Source: a plasmid. Taken from it: a stretch of 64,000 nt of DNA. The stretch's first letter is position 1; the number at the start of each line of letters is the position of its first letter. The stretch lies in the sequence record NZ_CP123987.1, one strand, 5' to 3'. The notes beneath the pieces are model-generated. The model had not been told where the DNA came from. It was given only the letters and a program-made list of their open reading frames with translations, and made no database searches. This document shows, piece by piece, positions 11,781 to 22,265 of the stretch. Made by a program: the position numbers and the translations under genes.

Positions 11781-13006
11781 ATTTGGAAAAATTCCTCTAC
11801 TTTCTTTAGAGAATCTACTAATTTGTCGATTTCTTCATAAGTATTATAAAAATAGAAACTTGCTCTCAAAGTAGCACTAACACCTAACCAATCCATAAGT
11901 GGTTGTGCACAATGGTGACCAGCTCTAACTGCAATTCCATCAGCATCCAAAAAGGTTGCTACATCATGAGGATGAATACCTTTCAAATTAAAGGATACTA
12001 CTCCACATCTTTGATTAGGATCTTTAGGACCATAAAATTCAATAGACTTGATATTAGCTAACTTTTCGAGTGCATACTTTTGTAAGTCCTCATCGTTTCG
12101 AGCCACATTTTCCATTCCGATTTCTTCTAAATAATCAATCGCAGCACCAAGACCTAGTACGCCTTCAATATTTTGTGTTCCACCTTCAAAATTCCAAGGA
12201 ATCTCTTTGAATGTTGATTTTTCAGTTGTTACACTGTCAATCATTTCTCCACCATATTCTAAAGGATGCATTTTTTCTAAGAGTTCATACTTTCCCCAGA
12301 GAACACCAATTCCAGTAGGTCCTAGCATCTTATGGCCAGAAAATACATAAAAGTCTGCTTCTAAATCTTGCATATCTACTGGTAAATGTGGCACAGATTG
12401 AGCACCATCAACTACTAAAATTGCATTACTTTGATGAACAATAGCTGCAATTTCTTTAATTGGATTAATTGTTCCTAAAACGTTAGAAACATGAGTAACT
12501 GCTACAATCTTTGTTTTATCAGTAATCTTTTGCTTTAAATCATCTAAATCAAGTTTACCTTCTTCAGTTAAAGTTACATACTTTACCTTTAGATTCTTTT
12601 CTTGTGCAATTGCTTGCCATGGAACAATATTACTGTGATGCTCCATATAGGTGGTAACAATTTCATCGCCTTCATGCAAGTTATATCTAACATAACCTTG
12701 TGCTATCCAGTTCAAACTTTGAGTTGTTCCCTTGGTAAAAAGTACTTCCTCATCGCGATAAGCATTAATAAACTTTGCCACTTTATGTCTTACATTTTCA
12801 TATTTATCAGTTGTTTTGACTGCTAAATTGTAGACACCGCGATGAATATTGCTATTGTATTTATTATAGTAGTCTGCAATTTCGTCAATTACTTGCTTAG
12901 GCTTTTGCGAAGTAGCTGCACTATCTAAGTAAGTTAAAGGCTGATCGTTCATTTTAGTTTCTAAAAGAGGAAAATCTTTTCTTAAATCACTAGTTTTCTT
13001 CATCAT
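11777..13006 (-). CDS. sufS: cysteine desulfurase SufS (class V aminotransferase)
   Basis: 409 aa; PLP 'SGHK' lysine region; catalytic 'HHCAQP'. Confidence 0.9.
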   Translation of the reverse strand: MMKKTSDLRKDFPLLETKMNDQPLTYLDSAATSQKPKQVIDEIADYYNKYNSNIHRGVYNLAVKTTDKYENVRHKVAKFINAYRDEEVLFTKGTTQSLNWIAQGYVRYNLHEGDEIVTTYMEHHSNIVPWQAIAQEKNLKVKYVTLTEEGKLDLDDLKQKITDKTKIVAVTHVSNVLGTINPIKEIAAIVHQSNAILVVDGAQSVPHLPVDMQDLEADFYVFSGHKMLGPTGIGVLWGKYELLEKMHPLEYGGEMIDSVTTEKSTFKEIPWNFEGGTQNIEGVLGLGAAIDYLEEIGMENVARNDEDLQKYALEKLANIKSIEFYGPKDPNQRCGVVSFNLKGIHPHDVATFLDADGIAVRAGHHCAQPLMDWLGVSATLRASFYFYNTYEEIDKLVDSLKKVEEFFQI

Positions 13007-14240
13007 AACTTACCTTTCTTTCAATCAATTCACTAAACTCATTGCGAATTTCTTTCAAAGGTATTTCATCTAAAACAGGAGCTAGGAAACCTCTAATTAC
13101 TAATTTTTCAGCTAAACGTTTTTGTAAGCCACGACTCATTAAGTAGTACAATTGTTCAGGATTTACACGACCAATACTTGCCGCATGTCCTGCAGTAACA
13201 TCATTATCATCAATTAGTAAGATTGGATTAGCATCCCCTCTAGCTTGTGGAGATAACATTAAAATACGACTTTCTTGTTGTGCATCAGAACCTTTACTTC
13301 TCTTCATTACATGTCCAATGCCGTTGAAAGTTAGTTCGGATGCATCTAAAGCAACACCATGTTGTAAGATATGGCCGATCGTATTCTTTCCAATATTTGT
13401 AACTCGTGTATCGATTCCTTGAATTTGATCACTTGTTGAAATACCTACGACTTTTAATTCAGCATGAGAGCCATCGCCAACTAAATCAGAATCAAAATCA
13501 CCGATTGTTAAACCAGAATTCATCATACCCATTGCCCAGTCAATCTTAGAGTCTCTTTGTAAGTATCCACGACGATTCATATAGGCAGTTGTGTTCTTAC
13601 TTAAATTATCAACACTAGCAAAGTGAATGCGACTTCCATTACCGGCAATAACTTCAACTACAATATTGGCTGTATTACTCTTATCACCATCAGTTTTTAA
13701 ACGTTCTACATAAGATAGCGAACTATTTGCTTCCGTAACAATTAATACATGATGAACATAATCTCCTTCAACTCGTGAATTTTGGATATATTCACAAATT
13801 AATGGTGTTTCTAAATCTACATTTTTAGGTACATAGACTAAAACACCACTTTGAAGATTTGCTACATGTTCTGCTAATAGACGATTATCGTCCATTTTTA
13901 GTCCTTTTTCCATAAAGTATTTCTTCATAATATCTTCATGGTTAACCAGAGCATCCTCAAAATCTTCAACAATTACTCCCTTATCAAGAAATTCTTGTGG
14001 TAGTTTAATTTGTGCTTTGTCACTTGCATATTGATAAACATCAGCATTGGTATCAAATTCAGGTTGATTATCAATTGCAGTTGTTCCATCAACATTTATG
14101 TTCCAATCATGATATTTAATCTTTTGGAAACTAGGTAATTTAGTAGTTTCAATTAGTTGCTTAGCTTCATTTCGCTTAGCTTTAAACCATTCGGGCTCTT
14201 TTCGAAGTTCAATTAATTCATCTATGGATAGTTGTTTCAT
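12990..14240 (-). CDS. sufD: Fe-S cluster assembly protein SufD
   Basis: 416 aa; position between sufC and sufS; SufB/D-like C-terminus. Confidence 0.85.
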   Translation of the reverse strand: MKQLSIDELIELRKEPEWFKAKRNEAKQLIETTKLPSFQKIKYHDWNINVDGTTAIDNQPEFDTNADVYQYASDKAQIKLPQEFLDKGVIVEDFEDALVNHEDIMKKYFMEKGLKMDDNRLLAEHVANLQSGVLVYVPKNVDLETPLICEYIQNSRVEGDYVHHVLIVTEANSSLSYVERLKTDGDKSNTANIVVEVIAGNGSRIHFASVDNLSKNTTAYMNRRGYLQRDSKIDWAMGMMNSGLTIGDFDSDLVGDGSHAELKVVGISTSDQIQGIDTRVTNIGKNTIGHILQHGVALDASELTFNGIGHVMKRSKGSDAQQESRILMLSPQARGDANPILLIDDNDVTAGHAASIGRVNPEQLYYLMSRGLQKRLAEKLVIRGFLAPVLDEIPLKEIRNEFSELIERKVSYDEEN

Positions 14241-14252
14241 TGTACAAGCCCC

Positions 14253-15032
14253 CTAAGCATTTTCATCAACTAATTTAATATCTAAACCAAGTTCATCACG
14301 AAGTTTTGCATATCCTTCTTTTTCCAAACGGATTGCCAAATCTGGACCACCAGTTTTAACAAGACGACCGTCCATCATAACATGTACATAATCTGGAATA
14401 ATATAGTTTAAAAGTCTTTGATAGTGAGTAATGATCAAGGATCCAAAATTATCGCCACGCATTTGGTTAACCCCACGAGAAACAACCTTAAGAGCATCAA
14501 TATCTAGTCCAGAGTCGATTTCATCTAAAATTGCGAATTCAGGTCTGATCATCATCATTTGCATAATTTCATTACGTTTCTTTTCACCACCAGAAAAGCC
14601 TTCATTCAAATATCTGTCAGCCATTTCTTCAGACATATCCAATGTTTCTAAAGTTTCATCCAAACGTTTGATGAAGTCCATTAAAGGAATTGGATCATCT
14701 TTAGGACGACGAGCATTAATTGCACTCTTAACAAATTCTGCATTAGTTACTCCTGGAATTTCTTGTGGATATTGCATTGCTAAAAATAGTCCCATTCTAG
14801 CACGTTCATCAACCGGTAAATCAATAATGCTTTTACCATTTAACAAAATATCCCCTTTAGTAATCTTATAAGCAGGATCGCCCATAATAGTTGAAGAAAG
14901 TGTTGATTTCCCGGTACCGTTTGGACCCATGATTGCATGAATCTCACCAGTTGACATCTTCAAATTAACACCTTTCAATATTTTCTTTCCTTCAACAGTT
15001 ACATGTAAATCTTTAACTTCTAATACTGACAT
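14253..15032 (-). CDS. sufC: Fe-S cluster assembly ATPase SufC
   Basis: Walker A 'GPNGTGKST'; ABC signature 'LNEGFSGGEKKR'. Confidence 0.9.
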   Translation of the reverse strand: MSVLEVKDLHVTVEGKKILKGVNLKMSTGEIHAIMGPNGTGKSTLSSTIMGDPAYKITKGDILLNGKSIIDLPVDERARMGLFLAMQYPQEIPGVTNAEFVKSAINARRPKDDPIPLMDFIKRLDETLETLDMSEEMADRYLNEGFSGGEKKRNEIMQMMMIRPEFAILDEIDSGLDIDALKVVSRGVNQMRGDNFGSLIITHYQRLLNYIIPDYVHVMMDGRLVKTGGPDLAIRLEKEGYAKLRDELGLDIKLVDENA

Positions 15033-15254
15033 TTAAATCACCACTATAAAATAGTTACCTTTCCTGGAATTTTCTTATCAATAATAATTATAAGACAAAT
15101 TACTCAACATAACGATTAGATTTAAGTATTTTTACAATATATATCCTTAAATTTATTTGTAATTAAGTAATAATCTTTATAATAAGTTTACAAATATAGA
15201 ATAACGCTTACATACAACATAATCAATACTCTTATGCAAATTATTTAGCACAAC

Positions 15255-15290
15255 TTAAAAACTCGCCTAGAAATCATTCTAGACGAGTTC
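15255..15290 (-). terminator. terminator after the oppA-like gene
   Basis: 'ctcgcctagaa...ttctagacgag' 11-bp stem; T-run is weak. Confidence 0.4.
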
Positions 15291-15294
15291 TTAC

Positions 15295-16929
15295 CTATTT
15301 AATATAAGCGTATTTGTAGTTCCATTGTGTACCTGCAGTATTTTGAATAATACCCTTTACTTTGGTATTTTGCATATAAGATGTTGTTTGTTGATATAGA
15401 GGTGTTACCCCTTGATCAGCATTAAAGAGTCGAGCAGCTTTAACTAAATCTTCCCAACGTTTATTAGCATCATTGGCATCTTCATTTTGTGCTTTTTCAA
15501 TTAAAGCATCGTACTCTTTATTAGAGTACTTTCCATAATTGTATGAAGTTCCTGTAACTGGAATTTGCATGAAAGTGATTGGATCTTTAAAGTCTCCACT
15601 CCAACCAGATACATAAATGTCATAGTTACCTTTACGAGCTTTAGATAATGCGCTATTTCCAGGAATATTTTGTACGGAAACCTTAATTCCTGGCAATACC
15701 TTTGTATATTGTGATTGTAGATATTGAGTTAAAGCATCATTATTAGCCATTTCATTGGAAGCTAGAATTGTGAAATTCAAATTCTTTTCACCAATTTCTT
15801 GTAATCCTTTTTTCCAATATTCTCTAGCTAATTTCTCATTGTAATCAACTGTATTATCTACTTTTTGTTCTGCAGCGAAATCTTTACCTGTTTTTGGATT
15901 AGTAGCTAAATCAGATGCTACAAAACCAGTTGGTACATTAGATCCATCGCCGAAAACTTTCTTTGTAAGTGTCTTTCTGTCAATCGCTAATGATAAAGCT
16001 AATCTAATATTTTTATTATTTAGTGCCTTACGATTTACTTCATTAGAATCATTAAAGTTATAGTCTAAATATGCAACGTAAGAATAAGAGTATTGCTTGA
16101 ATTCTGGCTTGTTATGTAGATTCTTAACTTGTTCACTAGATAATGGTGTTAAATCTAACTTACCTTGTTGGAATAATTGATAACCTGTATTGGTATTTTT
16201 AACTACTTGATAGTTAATCTTTTGTAGTTTTACCACTTTTTTATCCCAATATTGATTATTCTTTACAAATGACCACTTATCCGAAGTACCATTCCAGTCT
16301 TTAACTTTAAATGGTCCTGAGTACACCATGTATTTAGAATTAGTTCCATATTTCTTACCATACTTTTGTACCACTTTTTCACTTTGTGGTCCAAATAATG
16401 GATATGTCATTAAGACTTTAAAATATGATATAGGTCTATCTAACGTAATAACAACCTTATTATCACCTTCAGCCTTTATTCCTAATTTATCAGCTGACAT
16501 TTTACCTTCATTGATAGCTTGGGCATTCTTTACATCATAGAACAAATAAGCATATGGTGAAGCTGTCTTAGGATCAATTGTTCTTTTCCAAGAATATACA
16601 AAATCTTGAGCAGTAATCTTATCTCCATTACTCCACTTTGCATCTCTCAAAGTAAAAGTCCATGTTTTGCCATCTTGTGAAACTTGACCACTTTTAGCTA
16701 ATCCAGGAGTTACCTTGCCATCTTTACCTAAACGATAAAAACTTTCAAAAACATTCCCAGTTTGACCATAACCTGTAGACTTAGAAATATCAATGGTATC
16801 CAATGGTCCAGTTGTACTTAGATTTAAAACTTGTTTAGAATTTTCACCAGTTGATTTACCACATGCAACTAACAAAATTGCGGTTAAGCTTATAAATATT
16901 CCAGTAATAATTGCTTTAATTCTTTTCAT
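15295..16929 (-). CDS. oppA: peptide/oligopeptide ABC transporter substrate-binding lipoprotein (OppA-like)
   Basis: 544 aa; signal peptide with lipobox 'LVACGK'; family-5 SBP size and composition. Confidence 0.8.
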   Translation of the reverse strand: MKRIKAIITGIFISLTAILLVACGKSTGENSKQVLNLSTTGPLDTIDISKSTGYGQTGNVFESFYRLGKDGKVTPGLAKSGQVSQDGKTWTFTLRDAKWSNGDKITAQDFVYSWKRTIDPKTASPYAYLFYDVKNAQAINEGKMSADKLGIKAEGDNKVVITLDRPISYFKVLMTYPLFGPQSEKVVQKYGKKYGTNSKYMVYSGPFKVKDWNGTSDKWSFVKNNQYWDKKVVKLQKINYQVVKNTNTGYQLFQQGKLDLTPLSSEQVKNLHNKPEFKQYSYSYVAYLDYNFNDSNEVNRKALNNKNIRLALSLAIDRKTLTKKVFGDGSNVPTGFVASDLATNPKTGKDFAAEQKVDNTVDYNEKLAREYWKKGLQEIGEKNLNFTILASNEMANNDALTQYLQSQYTKVLPGIKVSVQNIPGNSALSKARKGNYDIYVSGWSGDFKDPITFMQIPVTGTSYNYGKYSNKEYDALIEKAQNEDANDANKRWEDLVKAARLFNADQGVTPLYQQTTSYMQNTKVKGIIQNTAGTQWNYKYAYIK

Positions 16930-17115
16930 CTTTATTTTCCCCTTTATGTAAAATATGTTTTTTAATCTATAAACAGTTCATCATCCATCCTTCCAAATAA
17001 ACAAAAAGGACTTGCAACTCCAAAAAATTAGAATCGCAAGTCCAGTTATTATTATCTCATATAATCTAACTGATTAAATTAATCTGCATCGGTACCGATA
17101 ATAAATATATACAGT

Positions 17116-17226
17116 TTAATCCAATCTTGGAAGTGTGAATCTAATTTTCTGCATGCCAAAACCCATGTTTCCTACTGGACAACATGTTACCAAACAACAG
17201 CATTGTGTATTGATAAAGTTTGACAT
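17116..17226 (-). CDS. small Cys-rich peptide, 36 aa: MSNFINTQCCCLVTCCPVGNMGFGMQKIRFTLPRLD
   Basis: Hand-translated; absent from the ORF track because it is under 60 aa. Strong RBS GAGGAG 8 nt upstream of ATG. An inverted repeat pairs the RBS region with the 3' end of the ORF. Confidence 0.35.
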   Translation of the reverse strand: MSNFINTQCCCLVTCCPVGNMGFGMQKIRFTLPRLD

Positions 17227-17337
17227 AGTGATTCACACTCCTCTCATTTCTTTAACCAAATCATATAACCTTACTATACTTTTGTCAATAAATTTTAATT
17301 ATAAGTTTGTATTTTCTAATTTTTGGTAAAAATAATA

Positions 17338-17526
17338 TTACTTATTTAATAAACTCTCTAATTCAGCTAAATTGCTTGCTCGTTCTAATTTAGAATCATT
17401 TAAATCATCTATCATCTCTAAGATAGAATAATTTATCCTAGAAGAAGGGGCCCTCCAATCTAATCTACGCACAACTAAAGCTTTTTTAGATTCTATCTTA
17501 ATCTTATTAACTCTACTTTTTTTCAT
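17338..17526 (-). CDS. hypothetical small protein (62 aa)
   Basis: ORF track only. Confidence 0.2.
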   Translation of the reverse strand: MKKSRVNKIKIESKKALVVRRLDWRAPSSRINYSILEMIDDLNDSKLERASNLAELESLLNK

Positions 17527-17643
17527 AATACATCACTTTCCATAAAAGTATACATCCTATTTGTCGACCAAATTTCTAATCGCTCTATTTATACTGTCAG
17601 AAATATCTTCATCACGAAGTTCAGAATATAAATATAATTTTTC

Positions 17644-17910
17644 TTACAAATCTGGTTCTAAGTTAATTACAATGTTCTGCTTGTAAGGTTTTTCAGGAGT
17701 CATATTGTGATTTTTGCAACACTCAAAATAATCATCAATTGTATCTTCAAAATCATCTTTCAATTCTTGTAATGTATTTCCTTCATAGGATAATAAACTT
17801 CTAATCCCCAAAACTTCGCCATGTAAAATATTATCCTCTAAAGAATACTCTATTGTTCCTTTGTAACCTCTATAGCTCATGACTTCTTGCATTTTTATGT
17901 TTCCTTTCAA
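17644..17910 (-). CDS. HicB-like antitoxin-domain protein (88 aa)
   Basis: 'MSYRGYKGTIEYSLEDNILHGEVLGIRSLLSYEGNTLQELKDDFEDTIDDYFE' resembles the HicB N-terminal domain. Confidence 0.45.
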   Translation of the reverse strand: MKGNIKMQEVMSYRGYKGTIEYSLEDNILHGEVLGIRSLLSYEGNTLQELKDDFEDTIDDYFECCKNHNMTPEKPYKQNIVINLEPDL

Positions 17911-17913
17911 TTA

Positions 17914-18195
17914 TTATCTATTTAACTGTATAGTCCAAGTTAAATTGAATAAAAAAACAACATCCCCGTCAACAACGAGGATGTCTTCGATTGTGGTATG
18001 TAGAACCTTACTGAGAATGACTAAGTTATCCAAACTAGGTAGTGATCTACCAGATAACCATTTATAAATGGATTGTGGGTTCTCAAATCCCATAACTGAT
18101 TGAATATCACGTACACTGTACCCATTATTTTTGAATAAACTTTTTAGATTAGCACCAGTTTTTTCTGAATTTATCGAAACATACATTGGCTTCAT
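17914..18195 (-). CDS. XRE-type HTH DNA-binding protein (93 aa)
   Basis: 'YSVRDIQSVMGFENPQSIYKWLSGRSLPSLDNLVILSKVL' HTH pattern; lies immediately upstream of the HicB-like ORF. Confidence 0.4.
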   Translation of the reverse strand: MKPMYVSINSEKTGANLKSLFKNNGYSVRDIQSVMGFENPQSIYKWLSGRSLPSLDNLVILSKVLHTTIEDILVVDGDVVFLFNLTWTIQLNR

Positions 18196-18850
18196 GAAAT
18201 CACCTCAATTTAATTATACATACCTCGAACATTTAATACCAAAAATAGCCAACGCAAAATTTGCATTGACTAAAAATTATGTAAACCGACGCGTATTGGC
18301 TTACGTGGGATACTCTTGTATCTGGACTTATTAGACTACTGAATCAGACTAGCACATCATGGCTAGCAACTTCCATGACCTAGTCCGCATTTCAAGTTCA
18401 GGGCATAGACCTTTTCCTATCCAATTTTCACCAAACATGTGCAATGTTCCAGTTAATGTAATATTGTCGATTTTGGCTACTCAAACCTTACTCGTCAGTT
18501 ATAGCTGTGTCACCACAACTTCACGACACGAATTCTTAGTTGATATTCTTCTTTGGTTCCTAAGGTAATCAGCCTTAATTAACTGAAGATGGCATATTGC
18601 GAATCCCTGACGGCAAGTGTCTTAGTTTCAGATATGAGTCCCCTTGCTTCTCTCTACACAACTTTTTTTCGTTGCTCCCAATTAGTACATTAGAAAAAAT
18701 AAACGTATCCGTATATTTCGTCATAGTAGTTATTAAGAGACGTATGGCTAGGCGGCTTGTCACACCTCATCCACTAGCTTCATCGGTACACTTATATACT
18801 AACAAAGCTTAGGTCATTAAACTATAAACTGTTAGGTTAATTTGGGCGAT

Positions 18851-18935
18851 TTCGACATAGGACCAATTTCTTAATTTATGCAAAATAAACTTTGATATCG
18901 CTTTATTTGCATAAATTTTAGAATTTCTCCTGTGT
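18851..18935. repeat. palindromic intergenic element, copy A (partial): 'ataggaccaatt..aatttatgcaaaataaa..tttatttgcataaatt'
   Basis: Shares the 'ataggaccaatt' plus 'atttatgcaaa/tttgcataaat' palindrome with copy B at 59862-59957. Confidence 0.5.
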
Positions 18936-18972
18936 CTAATATTCAAAATTAGCTTTTCATCACCCCAAAATA

Positions 18973-19626
18973 TCAGTCTATTCTTTCTAATTCTATACTT
19001 CTAAAGATGAAATAATCTAAAATTGTTAATATCAAAATCCACATTGCACTAAAATAAAGTTTACTATTATCTGCATGAATCAAATAGTTAATAGGCCATG
19101 CTACGAAACACCAATAGGCTGACATTAAAGTTTTATTACTAGCAAAAATAATAAATAAAATCTCTACTAATGAAAATACTAAATTTATATATTTATTAGT
19201 AACCATATATAAAAACATGTGACTATGATTAAGTAATACTATCAATAGCCACATTGCTATTCCGCTGATTATCCCTAATTTAACTTGGGCTATGGAATAA
19301 CTTATTATCCACCATACAAAAAATGAAATCCACCATAATAATAAGTCTAAGATTAACGTTTTTATTGTAAGTAATTTCACTTGACTATACTTACGAACTT
19401 CTTGAAAATTATTTGCTTCTCTTTCTTGTTCAAAGCATATATTAGTTATCACAGAAATTAAAGATGGATAAGCTAGAGCAAATGCCAGTACAATATTTTT
19501 ATAAGTTAGTAAATTTCGATGCCAATACAAATACCCGTAGGCTGATGCAATTTCAAAAATAGTGAAACTTACTAATAGGTATATAGTAGGACTACTTTTT
19601 AATTTTAATAATTCACTTCTAATCAT
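18973..19626 (-). CDS. lanG: lantibiotic immunity ABC transporter permease, NisG-like
   Basis: 217 aa polytopic membrane protein; last gene of an F-E-G triplet. Confidence 0.6.
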   Translation of the reverse strand: MIRSELLKLKSSPTIYLLVSFTIFEIASAYGYLYWHRNLLTYKNIVLAFALAYPSLISVITNICFEQEREANNFQEVRKYSQVKLLTIKTLILDLLLWWISFFVWWIISYSIAQVKLGIISGIAMWLLIVLLNHSHMFLYMVTNKYINLVFSLVEILFIIFASNKTLMSAYWCFVAWPINYLIHADNSKLYFSAMWILILTILDYFIFRSIELERID

Positions 19627-20335
19627 TTGATTTACCCCATCTTGTAAAATATATTAAAAGTAAAGATATCAATAATGAAAGTAATACAGGACTCATAACA
19701 TCAAAAAGTTGTAAATTTATAATTTTAAAAATTCCTGAGGGCTGTACCCCTAATAGATACTGTGATATTTTATAATGGTACGAGTATGGAAATGCAAACC
19801 ACCATTGTGTTTGAGAAATGATAGATCCAAATAATAAACATACTAACGTATTAACTGCTATAAGCAAATAGCCATTTATAAAATTAGCTAAAAAATATAA
19901 CCACGGTATATTCCAAAATACAGATAACAATAACAGAAATATACTTAGTATACTTTTACTTAGTAATAATTCTGTATAACCACTAAAAAACTTATTTAAG
20001 ACAATTACTAGTATTATAAAAAAAAGACTTGATATTGCAACTCGTACAAAGATTAAGAAAATTTTTGCCAAATAAATTTGGAAACTCCACAAATTATACT
20101 TAACATTTTGAAAGTTTCCTGCTTTTTTCTCCATATTAAAATCCATTAAAAATAATAATCCTATTAGTAGGTATAAAAAAACAGATTCCCACCAATATAT
20201 GGCAAAAGGAGAAAAAATAATTACTCCCCCTACTAAAAAAGCAATTAAACCCGTTAATAAAGGGATGATCCATAAAAGTTTGTTTATTCTAACTTTTTTT
20301 AATTTCAATATTTCAGAAAACAAAGCTTTTATCAT
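19619..20335 (-). CDS. lanE: lantibiotic immunity ABC transporter permease, NisE-like
   Basis: 238 aa polytopic membrane protein; overlaps lanF and lanG by 4-8 nt. Confidence 0.6.
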   Translation of the reverse strand: MIKALFSEILKLKKVRINKLLWIIPLLTGLIAFLVGGVIIFSPFAIYWWESVFLYLLIGLLFLMDFNMEKKAGNFQNVKYNLWSFQIYLAKIFLIFVRVAISSLFFIILVIVLNKFFSGYTELLLSKSILSIFLLLLSVFWNIPWLYFLANFINGYLLIAVNTLVCLLFGSIISQTQWWFAFPYSYHYKISQYLLGVQPSGIFKIINLQLFDVMSPVLLSLLISLLLIYFTRWGKSND

Positions 20336-21024
20336 ATGAAACTCTCTCCCTTCATAACATTAAAGAAAATCTCTTCAATATCTTTATAATTACTTTGAAT
20401 TTTATCATATACAACATGTCCTTTATCTAAAATGATAACTTGATCGACGATTCTTCCAATTTCATGTAGCTGGTGACTTGATATCAAAATAGTTACACCT
20501 TGTTTTTTTAATGACTTTAGTAAATCTAAAAATTCAATAACCCCATCAGGATCTAATCCGTTAATTGGTTCATCGAGAATTATAAATTTAGGTTGTGTTA
20601 AAATAGCCATTCCGATCCCCAATCTTTGTTTCATGCCAACTGAAAATTTACCTGCATGTTTTTTATCCGTGCTATCTAAACCAACTCTTTTTAAAACATC
20701 TTTAATTTGATTATTTGGAATATCATATAAAAGTGCTTTAGTTTTTAAATTATCAAAAGCTGATAAATTCGAATAAATTGGTGGTTGTTCAATCAAAGCA
20801 CCAATGTTACTAGTTTTTCCGTGACCTTCAAATAGTACTTGTCCTTTATCTGGTATTTCAATCCCATAAATAATTTTCATTAAAGTTGATTTTCCAACAC
20901 CATTCATCCCAAATAAACCACAAATAGTACCTTTTTCAATCGTAAAGCTTACATCCTTTAATACTTCTCTATCCTGGTATTTCTTAGAAATATTTTTCAC
21001 TTCAATTTTCATCTTATATATCAC
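20332..21024 (-). CDS. lanF: lantibiotic immunity ABC transporter ATP-binding protein, NisF-like
   Basis: Walker A 'GMNGVGKST'; signature 'FSVGMKQR'; Walker B 'ILDEP'. Confidence 0.8.
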   Translation of the reverse strand: MIYKMKIEVKNISKKYQDREVLKDVSFTIEKGTICGLFGMNGVGKSTLMKIIYGIEIPDKGQVLFEGHGKTSNIGALIEQPPIYSNLSAFDNLKTKALLYDIPNNQIKDVLKRVGLDSTDKKHAGKFSVGMKQRLGIGMAILTQPKFIILDEPINGLDPDGVIEFLDLLKSLKKQGVTILISSHQLHEIGRIVDQVIILDKGHVVYDKIQSNYKDIEEIFFNVMKGESFI

Positions 21025-21075
21025 CTTATCTTTAATTATTCGGTAATAGTATAAGTAATTAAATTCATAATTAGA

Positions 21076-22242
21076 TCAGAATTTCTGGATTCCTAACTTT
21101 ACACTCACCCCATCATTTACTAGATTTGTAATTATCATGGTACCACCATGTCTGACTGCAACCGCTTGTGCAAAAGATAGTCCAATTCCATAATGCTTTC
21201 CACTACGGCCTTTATCTTCAGTAAAAAATAACTTTTGCGCATTAACTTGTGCTTCTTCTGAAAATGGTGCCCCATTATTCCATATTTCAAACCATAAAAA
21301 TTTTAAATCTTCAGTTACAGTAACCGATACTTGGGGATTACTTTTATCCGCATACTGACACGCATTAAGAAAAATGTTGATTAGTGCTCGTTTTAGAGCT
21401 GGAACATTAGCATGAAATTTCTTTAAATTAGTTTTTACCTTTAATCGATTATTCGTTTTGTTGACTATGGCAATATCTGTTAGTTCAAGAAAAAGTTCTT
21501 TAATAAATTCATTTAAATTTATTTCTTCGCTTATTGAATTTAAATTTAGTAACTTAGTATAATTAATCATTGTATTAAAATAATTTTCTAAAGTTTGAAT
21601 ACTGTTTTTCATAGATTCCATAAATTCTAATTGTCTCTTATCAGGATTAGTCAGTTCCAACAACTCTATATTTCCTTTTAATACAGTAAGTGGTGTTTTT
21701 ATATCATGAGATAATGCTGCTACCTGAAATGATAAATCTTCTTTTTCTATCCGTTCAGTCTCAATTAAAGTTGATAACTCATTACTTTTTTGATAGAGTT
21801 GCTTTAATACAGTATCAAATTCTTTAATTTTCGACTTAGGATAATCTTTAGTAACCTTATTCCCCATATTTAAAGCAATCTTTTGAATAGCTGTAAAATT
21901 TTTTGAAATCTCATGAATTAGTTTATAAATTGCAATAATGATTATTAATGATTCGTATATAATCAAAAATATATATGATATTTGATTATACGAAAACTTT
22001 CTCAAGACTGGATTAGTAAATTCCGGAACACTATTTTGTCTAATCACTAAGCTATATAACTTATTAGAAGATATAGTATAACTTGTAGTCCCATTTATAT
22101 AACTTTTATTCTTTACTTTAGCTAAGTAGTAATTATCTTTATCATTTTTTTGATATCTACTTGCTACAATTTTTCCTGTTCTCCTATCGAATACAATAAA
22201 GTCATAAGGATATTTTTTCATCGTTTGCCTAATATCCGTCAA
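21076..22242 (-). CDS. lanK: NisK-like sensor histidine kinase, apparently lacking the N-terminal TM1 segment
   Basis: H-box 'LSHDIKTPLTVLKGNIELL'; G-boxes 'GRSGKHYGIGLSFAQ'. Opens with a hydrophilic sensor-domain-like stretch 'MKKYPYDFIVFD...' before a single TM. Only TTG or an internal ATG is available as start. Confidence 0.75.
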   Translation of the reverse strand: MTDIRQTMKKYPYDFIVFDRRTGKIVASRYQKNDKDNYYLAKVKNKSYINGTTSYTISSNKLYSLVIRQNSVPEFTNPVLRKFSYNQISYIFLIIYESLIIIIAIYKLIHEISKNFTAIQKIALNMGNKVTKDYPKSKIKEFDTVLKQLYQKSNELSTLIETERIEKEDLSFQVAALSHDIKTPLTVLKGNIELLELTNPDKRQLEFMESMKNSIQTLENYFNTMINYTKLLNLNSISEEINLNEFIKELFLELTDIAIVNKTNNRLKVKTNLKKFHANVPALKRALINIFLNACQYADKSNPQVSVTVTEDLKFLWFEIWNNGAPFSEEAQVNAQKLFFTEDKGRSGKHYGIGLSFAQAVAVRHGGTMIITNLVNDGVSVKLGIQKF

Positions 22243-22265
22243 AGTAGTTTTATTAGAATCTAATA

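Noticed and set aside
18300-18800. Group II intron or structured RNA in the GC-richer segment
   Set aside because: There is no GUGYG 5' end and no domain-V-like GAGC..GTACGG..C element. No tRNA, tmRNA or T-box signatures were recognised. The region is left as unexplained non-coding DNA.
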